NCBI GenBank assembly: GCA_963976765.1
Contig: CAXBME010000001.1
Location: 186,001 to 250,000 of the forward strand
Length of the DNA stretch: 64,000 nt
Source: an uncultured Planctomycetaceae bacterium
Lineage (GTDB): Bacteria > Planctomycetota > Planctomycetia > Planctomycetales > Planctomycetaceae
Direction: 5' to 3'
Position 1 is the stretch's first letter; each line of letters begins with the position of its first letter. The notes beneath the pieces were generated by a model, which had not been told where the DNA came from, did no database searches, and saw nothing but the letters and a program-made list of their open reading frames with translations. This document shows positions 56,682-64,000 of this stretch, in pieces. A program made the translations under genes and the position numbers.

Positions 56682-58871
56682 CTACCGATCGCCGTAGACG
56701 GGTGGTTTCCAGTCTTTCGGCAGGCGGCCTTGAGGGCGGACGCCGTGGGCGGTGGCGGGAATCGGATGGTCTGACGGTTTCAGCAGTGGCAGATTGTCGG
56801 GCAGGTGTTTGATTCTGAAATCTTTGTACTGAATCGTCATGGCCGGGCCGACGTGGACCTGCACGGCGAGCACTCCTTCCAGTGCACGACCTTTCTCATC
56901 AAGGTCGATCAGGTCTGCGGTCATGTGACCATCGATCCAATGCTGATGGTGGTTTCCCTGAACCAGCACGCGGAAGTCGTGCCACTCGTCGGCGGGGAAC
57001 TCTTTGACGGGCATCTCCTCAATCACCCACGGCTGACCGTCGGTGTCGACGATCACCTTTTCGCCGGTGTGCGACAGAATCCGTCGGCCCTTTTCCTCGT
57101 AGAGCATGCCGTTGTAGTTCGGGTTGCCGGCTACAACGTCGCACTGATAGCCGGTCACGACGTCCAGGCCGAGATCCGGTCGCGACGTGCCTCGGTACTG
57201 AATGCCGCTGTTGCCGCCAGCCGTCACTTTGACTTTGACTCGCAGATCGAAGTTGCGAATCGTCGAATGCGTCCACGTAATGAACCGGTTCATCTTGAGC
57301 GAACCGTCCGTCACGCCGGTCAGAGCACCGTTTTTGACCGACCAGTATTTCGAATCGCCCGTCCAGCCTCGCAGCGACTTCCCGTCGAAAACTCTTACGA
57401 AGCCGTCCTTGTCTGGACGAGTTCCGACTAACGCCGAGATCTCCGGATGGGGAACCGTCGACGCCGTAAACGGAGCTTTCATCGGGACCAGCGGCCCGCC
57501 CAGTTCGTTGACTTGCGCCGTGGTTCGTTCCCGCATCGCCGTCAAAGTGTCGGCATGACTCGGGTCATCGGCCAGGTTGACCAGTTCGTCGGGGTCGTTC
57601 TTGAGGTCGTGCAGAAACTCACGCCCTCCGTGATCCACGTAGCGGACGTACTTGAACCGTTCGTTGCGAACGCCTTCGAAGGCCGGAATCCGATTTCGAA
57701 CGGCAAAGTGCTCATGGAAAGATTCCGTCCGCCAGTCCGCAGGCTTCTCGGCAGACACGATCGGTTGCAGGCTGTGTCCCTGGTAGCGTTCAGGAATTTT
57801 TGCTCCCGCCCAGTCAAGAAACGTCGCGGGAAGGTCCAGATTCAGGGCGATGGCGTCGCTGACTTTGCCCTTTTCGTCAGCCGGTACGCGAGGATCAGCA
57901 ACGATCAAGGGCACTCGCAGCGACTCTTCGAAATGCGACCACTTTCCAGCGAGACCTCGATTGCCCATGTAATAACCGTTGTCCGCTGAGTAGACGATAA
58001 TGGTGTTCTCGGCCAGGCCCGCTTCTTCCAGAGCCGCCATGAAGCGGCCAATCGCTCCGTCAATTCCGCTGACCATGCGGTAGTAGGCTCGGATGTTCGT
58101 CTGATATTTTTCGTCCGTGTTCCATCGCCAGAAGAATCGTTCGCGGTTGATGGTCGTCTTCAGAAAGTCTGGCAGCGCGTCGAAGATGGCCGGATCGTTC
58201 AAGCGAGGCGGCGCGATCTGCACATCGTCGTACATGCCGTCGACCGCTCGCGGCCAGGCAAAGTGACCAATCCCCGGACGTCGATCGCCGTCTTCCGCAT
58301 GGCACGCGTTGAACCACATATTCAATGCAAACGGCTTGTCCTTTGGCTGCGATTTGACGAAGTCGATGCCTCGATCAACGATGACTTCTGTTTCATGCCG
58401 CAGGCTGCCGTCTGGCTGTTTTTTGTAAAACGGATTTCGACCGATCGCTTCGAACTGGTCGAAATGATCCGCCTGCCGATAGCCCTTTGGCATTTTCGCA
58501 TGCCACTTTCCGAAGTAGCCGGTTCGGTAGCCATTTTCCCGCAGGATGTCGGAATACAGAGTCGCCACAGCATCCGGCCTGGCCTGTTCCCGATCCCCGA
58601 CCATTCCGTAACTGCGACCGGTCATCCCCGTCAGGATTGTCGTGCGGCTGACCCAGCAGATCGAATGGCTTACGAATGCGTTGCTGAAACGAGTTCCCCG
58701 TTGAGCCAGCGCGTCGATGTTCGGCGTCTTGATCACATCGTTGCCGTAGCAACCCAGTGTGCTTGTGGTCTGATCATCGGCAAAGAAGAAAACGATGTTC
58801 GGCTTCGCGGCAAAGACATCCGTCGCCAGCCCAATGACCAGCAACGACAGAATGACAGGAATTCGATTCAT
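56682..58871 (-). CDS. Secreted sulfatase fused to a DUF1080 (3-keto-disaccharide hydrolase-like) domain
   Basis: Signal peptide, KPNIVFFFADD, CWVSR, GKWH, ADNG; C-terminal FDGK.L.GW, NSGIQYR, GYQCD, VQVH. Confidence 0.92.
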   Translation of the reverse strand: MNRIPVILSLLVIGLATDVFAAKPNIVFFFADDQTTSTLGCYGNDVIKTPNIDALAQRGTRFSNAFVSHSICWVSRTTILTGMTGRSYGMVGDREQARPDAVATLYSDILRENGYRTGYFGKWHAKMPKGYRQADHFDQFEAIGRNPFYKKQPDGSLRHETEVIVDRGIDFVKSQPKDKPFALNMWFNACHAEDGDRRPGIGHFAWPRAVDGMYDDVQIAPPRLNDPAIFDALPDFLKTTINRERFFWRWNTDEKYQTNIRAYYRMVSGIDGAIGRFMAALEEAGLAENTIIVYSADNGYYMGNRGLAGKWSHFEESLRVPLIVADPRVPADEKGKVSDAIALNLDLPATFLDWAGAKIPERYQGHSLQPIVSAEKPADWRTESFHEHFAVRNRIPAFEGVRNERFKYVRYVDHGGREFLHDLKNDPDELVNLADDPSHADTLTAMRERTTAQVNELGGPLVPMKAPFTASTVPHPEISALVGTRPDKDGFVRVFDGKSLRGWTGDSKYWSVKNGALTGVTDGSLKMNRFITWTHSTIRNFDLRVKVKVTAGGNSGIQYRGTSRPDLGLDVVTGYQCDVVAGNPNYNGMLYEEKGRRILSHTGEKVIVDTDGQPWVIEEMPVKEFPADEWHDFRVLVQGNHHQHWIDGHMTADLIDLDEKGRALEGVLAVQVHVGPAMTIQYKDFRIKHLPDNLPLLKPSDHPIPATAHGVRPQGRLPKDWKPPVYGDR

Positions 58872-59015
58872 GGTGTGATCAGCTTTCGAATACAGACCTT
58901 CGAGATATCCAAACAGGCAAACTAAGCAGAATCATAATCAGATTCACAATCCCGAGTCACAGCCTGGCGGGATTGCTCAGTGTCAAACAAGCAACATCAG
59001 GGCAAAGGTTCCCGG

Positions 59016-60940
59016 TCACCTGCCAGCAAGGGCCTGCTCACGCCAGCGCCGCACGCTCATGACATCAAATCGCTTGCCGACAAACTCAATTTGCCTCACC
59101 TGTTTCGTGCCGTTGCCTGTGACTTCTTTGAGATGGTCGCGTATCTCCATCCAGCGAATCTCACCTTTTGAGTTTCGGATGACAAGGATCACGGGGAAAG
59201 CCTGATCCATCCAGAAGCGCACCTGTCTCTGGTCAAAACTCTTAAAGATTTCTGCCCCGTCCGTCTTCCGAACGGTCAGGTACGAGTCCCCGGATTTCAG
59301 TTGCAGATGCACTTTCTGGCCAGTGGCTTCACCAGCGTCGTCGCGAAACGTGACGTCCATGTCGATGCCCTGATCGGCCTGTGTTATTTCCTGACAGAGC
59401 TGTGCGGCCAGCGCAACCGTTGAGGTGACTTCTCCGACAAGAACACGTTCCTTGCTGGTATTGTCGAGCACGATTCTGACCGAGTCCTGAAGATCCTGCA
59501 CTCGCTGCTTGATGGCCGGATCGGCAAAGAGTTCTTCCAGCTCGTCCCACAGAGGAATCCGTTTTTCAGAATCGTCGCATTCGACGCAGGGGATGTCTTT
59601 CTTTCCCTCGTTCAGCTTCCGCATTGCGACCTGTCGATTCCCCACCGGCGTCCCGCAATGCGGACAGACGTAATGCCGCAGGCGGACGACGTCGTTGGCA
59701 CCGTAAAGGAGGTGCTCGTGGACGTACTTGCTGAAGATGATCCGCTTGCCAACGGGGACGTCCTGACAAAAGTACACTTCCAGTTCGCCCTCGCCTTCGG
59801 CACGCCGAGTCAGCTTGACTCCAAGTTGTCGCCCCTCGTGCGTCGTGAAGTCGGCGGCGTATCGCCAGAGTTCGTCATGGTTGAACTCTTTCGTGTGATG
59901 CAGTTTGACGACCAGCGTGGCGTAGACTTCATCGAGGAATCCATTGAACTGGTAGCTGACCACCACAGCCGGTGCGCTGATCAATTCTGGGCGCTCCCGC
60001 CGGTAATAGCTGGGGAAGATCAGCAGGATCTCGCCAGACTCGGTCATGTGTCGGATACACAGACCTCGTTCGACGAGAATCTGATGCATGGCCAGCAGCA
60101 CAAACTGTTCTTCATCGGGCGGGAGCCGCTCAATCGACGAATGATACGTGAGGTCTCCCCGCAATACTCGCTTTTCCGAAATGCAGCCACGGTCGTGTTC
60201 ATCCTCCCTGATCGTCTGAATCACCGCCTGACCGTACGCATTGATCCGTTCCGGCTGAAGCAGCACCCAGCTTCCAAATTCAAGTTCCCAGACAACTCCC
60301 GGTCCCGCCAGCAGCCCGACCACCGCCTTCAGCTCCGCATCGGTGAAACGCTCATGTGAGCCGACGGCGCCAGGCGCGGGCCTGCCAGTGTGGACGTCCT
60401 CTCCGCTATCGCCCGAGGCTAGCGCCTGCGGCTCACGATTACTCATCCGCAGCGCCAGCACTTCGCGCAGCTCATTGAACCGCATCAGCACGCGGCCTTC
60501 GTCCTTCAGCTTGATGATCTCATCTTTCAGCCGTTTGAAGAGCACTGGCGAGCTTCGCCACGGAATGTTCTCCCACTTGATCCCGTCAATGATGGCCTGC
60601 CTGAGCTCCGCACACCCCTCATTCGCCTTAGCGCTGGTTTCGACATACGCCTCATAGCCACGTTCATCAACAAAATCGTCGATCTGCTTTCGAGCTACGC
60701 GCAGCCCGCCGGCATCGCAGCGCCCGGCGACCAGCAGCTTAGACATTTTGTCCTTGTCATCTTTGCCTTTGCCGGCCCGGCTGAGATCGCGGTCCCACTG
60801 CCCCAGCGTCTCGAAGACATCGTCCTTCTGCGGATCGAAGACCAGCGCTGCCACCTGTGTCTGATCCATGTAGAGCTGATGAATCAGCCGCTGATCGGCT
60901 TGCATCCCTGAGTCCCACTTGCCCACGCCTGTGGATCCAC
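59016..60940 (-). pseudogene. 5'-truncated, internally deleted Roc-COR-Zn ribbon-DUF4365 paralog (frame still open; could be expressed from an internal ATG)
   Basis: GSTGVGK abuts WDSGMQADQRLIHQL directly; ETSAK, CPHC/CVEC, DQGIDMD...LQLKSG; colinear with the C-terminal part of 53470-56619. Confidence 0.7.
60356..60436. repeat. 81-bp REP-like palindrome inside the coding frame
   Basis: gtgagccgacggcgccaggcgcgggc vs gcccgaggctagcgcctgcggctcac (21/26 complementary). Confidence 0.85.
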
Positions 60941-61074
60941 GCGAGTGGCTGTAGCGGAATTCTCCATAGCGCAGATTTCTGACGGCCGACTTGGTGGCGC
61001 GACACGCAACTGTCGTAAGCCGATTCCTCGCAATCGATAATTGCATCGAGACTGCCGTAGGTGCTTGATTGTCG

Positions 61075-62625
61075 TCAGGAATAATCACCAGTATACGGCA
61101 GAGCAATCGCCCGAGATTTTCCGTACGAAATAATGTCGTCATATGTGAAGAGCTTCGCTGGTCCCATCTGCTTCTCAATCTCGATCCGATCTTCGCGATG
61201 CGTCACCTCTTCCGTGCGTCCAATCACGACGATCATCTCTGGGCGAAATGCCTGAAATCCGTGTTCGGCCATAAACGCTTTTCGATGGGCCGCGTTATCG
61301 AAGTAATGCTCATACTTCCTGAGCTGCGCAACGGCCTTCGTGATCTCGCTTGAGACTCGGAGATATGGGTGCCTCGCCGTGATGCGAGCATTCGGCAACT
61401 TCAGGTCCAAAATGTCGAATCCCAGGCCACCAGGACGTTCCAGAATAAAGTCCGGAATCAGCTCTGAATTATCTTCATCTCGAAGGCAGATATGAGGGTG
61501 AGCCCGTGCGTATCCGAGTGATTCGAGGAATTCAGGGTGTTGATTCAAGAAACTTTGAATATGACGTTCCCTCGTCGAGTCTCGCGAAATCAGGTCCTCG
61601 AATGCTGCAATCGTCGTAATCGGCAGCATCGAAGTTGGACGAATCGCTTGAAGTGAGATTGGCTGGTGGCCATACCGTGTTGTAGGAGTCTGCACGGTTA
61701 CAGTATCCCGGTACGTGTACTGCCCGAGATGTACTCTGCCGTCACGCGCGAACAATGCGACGCCCGGTAAGTCTCGCTCAGGTGAAACTACGGATGCGAG
61801 ATCTAGGCAGGAATCGACGAACTTCACGTTACCACCCGCTTGGGCAAATATTGCCGGGCCAAAAAGTAGTGGGCTGCAACGATTAAGAACTTGGACACAT
61901 AGTTCGGGAGGGTCAGTCAATATCCTTCGCTTCGTGAACCAGCAGTTGACAGCGGCAAGCGCGAACTCAAGTTCGGCGATTGAAATGTCCGGGTAATCGA
62001 TCCCAAATCGTCGATCAATGGCGTAATCTTCGGCTTTGGAGATCTCGGTCCGTCTTGATCGAAGCATTCTTAGCAACTCACCGGCGGAGTCAAGTTCAGG
62101 GTGCATCGTGGATACCAAATAGACGATGAGTTCGCACATGCCATTGGCCAATTCTTCGTCAAGACGGCCATTCGGCGGTGGACCGGCGATTAATTCGTGC
62201 GGAAACACCAATTCACTTGGGACGCGATCACGATCTTGCGGCGAGATCGCCGCACGAAGCAGATCTGCGGTCTCAATCGTACGACTGGTTCCGGAAATTT
62301 CGTGCCAAAACGTCGACGATTCTTCAAAGAGTGAATCAAACGGATTCAACTCTTCGAATCGCAATGGCGACCCAACGCTCTCCCTTGCCAGTCGCCTAAG
62401 CTCCTTTGGATGACGTGATGATTTCTCAAGAACATCAACCGTATACGAGCCAGAATAAAGAAGCCCGATTAGGAGTGAGTCGGTATCACCGACGATGTCT
62501 GACGGAGAACGTGCGATTGATTCAGTCAGAGACGACAATGCCTGCGGAGTGGCGGTAAGCCCGTGGAGGCCAAGTTCCACTGATAGCTTCTTGCTCAAGG
62601 TGTGTTTTGTCAGTTGGTTTTCCAT
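61075..62625 (-). CDS. Shedu-like (SduA/DUF4263) anti-phage nuclease with a Clp-N-like N-terminal region
   Basis: ERHIQSFLNQHPEFL, IPDF, LDLKLP, SSEITKAVAQLRKY, VVIGR, TYDDI. Confidence 0.8.
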   Translation of the reverse strand: MENQLTKHTLSKKLSVELGLHGLTATPQALSSLTESIARSPSDIVGDTDSLLIGLLYSGSYTVDVLEKSSRHPKELRRLARESVGSPLRFEELNPFDSLFEESSTFWHEISGTSRTIETADLLRAAISPQDRDRVPSELVFPHELIAGPPPNGRLDEELANGMCELIVYLVSTMHPELDSAGELLRMLRSRRTEISKAEDYAIDRRFGIDYPDISIAELEFALAAVNCWFTKRRILTDPPELCVQVLNRCSPLLFGPAIFAQAGGNVKFVDSCLDLASVVSPERDLPGVALFARDGRVHLGQYTYRDTVTVQTPTTRYGHQPISLQAIRPTSMLPITTIAAFEDLISRDSTRERHIQSFLNQHPEFLESLGYARAHPHICLRDEDNSELIPDFILERPGGLGFDILDLKLPNARITARHPYLRVSSEITKAVAQLRKYEHYFDNAAHRKAFMAEHGFQAFRPEMIVVIGRTEEVTHREDRIEIEKQMGPAKLFTYDDIISYGKSRAIALPYTGDYS

Positions 62626-62695
62626 TCTCTGTCGCTCAGTTCTGCGTAGGTTCTGCGAATGTATGAATTGTGAATTATGCGAAGGGCAACTCAGG

Positions 62696-63064
62696 TCAGT
62701 CGAATTTGAATTCCGACGGATGAGTCGTCTTGTTTTTCAGTACGTCGTCGAGCCTGAGTGGAATGAATCGTCGGTTGTGGTTGAGTGGATCTTTGAAGCG
62801 GAAGGTGTGGCTCTCCAACTGCGGCCAGTCGGCCGCGAGCGCCTCAGCGGACAGGCAGAGCACCAGCACGCGGGAGTGCTCCAGTCCGTCCTCGATCTTC
62901 GCCGGGATGCTGTCGCCCGGCTGGATCTCCCACTCATCAAACCACACCCGCACCCCGTCCGACTTCAGCCGGTTCGCGATGTCTCGGACAGTGTCTTTGT
63001 CTTTCGAGCTATGACTGAGGAAGACGTCCCACTGGAATTCGGAATCGGCAGAAGCATTGCTCAT
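62696..63064 (-). CDS. TIR_2 domain, apparently C-terminally truncated
   Basis: DVFLSHSSKDK, VWFDEWEI.PGDSI, W.QLE, RRFIPLRLDD, then a 15-aa tail that does not look TIR-like. Confidence 0.85.
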   Translation of the reverse strand: MSNASADSEFQWDVFLSHSSKDKDTVRDIANRLKSDGVRVWFDEWEIQPGDSIPAKIEDGLEHSRVLVLCLSAEALAADWPQLESHTFRFKDPLNHNRRFIPLRLDDVLKNKTTHPSEFKFD

Positions 63065-63069
63065 AAGCG

Positions 63070-63171
63070 GGCCACGAAAAAGCACGAAGAGGCACACAAA
63101 AAGAAGGGGACCGACGGACAGTGTAGAGACTCGTCCCTGACTATTGCGACTTCTCGTGCCTTCTTGTGGCC
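63070..63171. repeat. Imperfect inverted repeat of GCCAC/GCAC(G)AA units directly upstream of the TIR gene
   Basis: ggccacgaaaaagcacgaagag vs cttctcgtgccttcttgtggcc. Confidence 0.75.
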
Positions 63172-63282
63172 ATTCTTTGTTCGACTGGCGAGATTCGCAG
63201 AGTCCGGGTGGGCGAGGTTGAACGCCATCTCGAAGTTGAGTAAACCAACGGCTTGGCGCAGGTTGACGCAGTCAATCTGTCA

Positions 63283-64000
63283 TCAGCCATTGAGGCCAAA
63301 GGCGTCGCGGAGTTCGGCGATGACGTTTTCGGGCATTGCGGAGACGTCTCCGATGGCTCGTGCGTTGATGACAGCTTCGGCGGTGGACTCAAGAACTTCC
63401 AGGCGATCGAACGCGTCAAGCACGCTGGAGCCGGTCACCAGCACTCCGTCGTTTTCAAGAATTGCTGCAGGCGACGCGGCGGAAATTGAGTCGGCGATGC
63501 TGCCGCCGTTCCGGTACTGAACTCCGTAAGGCACGCGTTCGACGTCGCGCAGAAAGACGTAGCTTTCGGGAATGGTCCGAGCGTCAAACGCAGTATCAGT
63601 CACACTGAACGCCGTCGCGTTGACCGGATGAGCAAATGCGATTGCTTGAACGTGCGGGTGCTTTCGGTAGATCGCCTGGTGAGCGAAGACGGCTCGGCTG
63701 GCCTTTTTACCGGCCTCGCGGCGGTCGCCGTCGACCAGAACCAGATCATCAACACTGAGTCGTTCGCGATCCTGCTGCGTCGGAGTGATCACAAACGAGT
63801 CGTCACTCAGTCGCGCGGAGAAACTGCCTTCCGTGCTGATCAGCAATCGCTGCCGGCATCCCCGTCGAATGAATTCGCAAAGTTGCCGCCGCAGTTCCAT
63901 TTCTTCTGCCGTCGCATCTTTCGGTTTGTGTGATTTCAGAGCGACGCTGCGGCCGAGAGCCTGTTCAAGCTGTTGATCGGTCAGGTACCGAACCGCTCCG
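63283..64000 (-). CDS. Class II aldolase/adducin family protein (C-terminal domain visible); 5' end lies outside the window
   Basis: [34 protein letters not shown]; frame is open to the window edge. Confidence 0.85.
   Translation of the reverse strand, partial: GAVRYLTDQQLEQALGRSVALKSHKPKDATAEEMELRRQLCEFIRRGCRQRLLISTEGSFSARLSDDSFVITPTQQDRERLSVDDLVLVDGDRREAGKKASRAVFAHQAIYRKHPHVQAIAFAHPVNATAFSVTDTAFDARTIPESYVFLRDVERVPYGVQYRNGGSIADSISAASPAAILENDGVLVTGSSVLDAFDRLEVLESTAEAVINARAIGDVSAMPENVIAELRDAFGLNG

Noticed and set aside
61046..61178. ORF-track N-terminal extension of the second Roco frame overlapping the Shedu-like gene
   Set aside because: No similarity to the paralog upstream of the P-loop remnant; likely a fortuitous open frame.
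62495..63520. 341-aa plus-strand ORF
   Set aside because: Antisense to the TIR, Shedu-like and aldolase genes and runs through a palindrome; no motifs.

Overview
The window looks like a Planctomycetota chromosome, probably Planctomycetaceae. The markers are DUF1559 and DUF1501 genes, a BBP7-type barrel and proteins with LExRxLL leaders. It holds housekeeping genes (pyrG, kdsB, ndk, hemB, aroD-aroE fusion), a small catabolic cluster (aminotransferase, PhyH dioxygenase, amidohydrolase, Na+ symporter) and two very large modular surface proteins (6448 aa and 1973 aa) with nested domain insertions. The strongest candidate for an undescribed system lies at about 53.5-63.2 kb. It contains an intact WD40-Roc GTPase-COR-Zn ribbon-DUF4365 (nuclease-fold) Roco gene. 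A second Roco copy appears split into a truncated TIR ORF and a Roc-COR-DUF4365 remnant, with a Clp-N-like/Shedu (DUF4263) nuclease gene between them. Several families of REP-like palindromes occur. One is inserted in frame inside a CDS and one supplies the hemB stop codon. I saw no CRISPR array, rRNA, tRNA or transposase. All domain calls come from motif recognition by eye, not from database searches.
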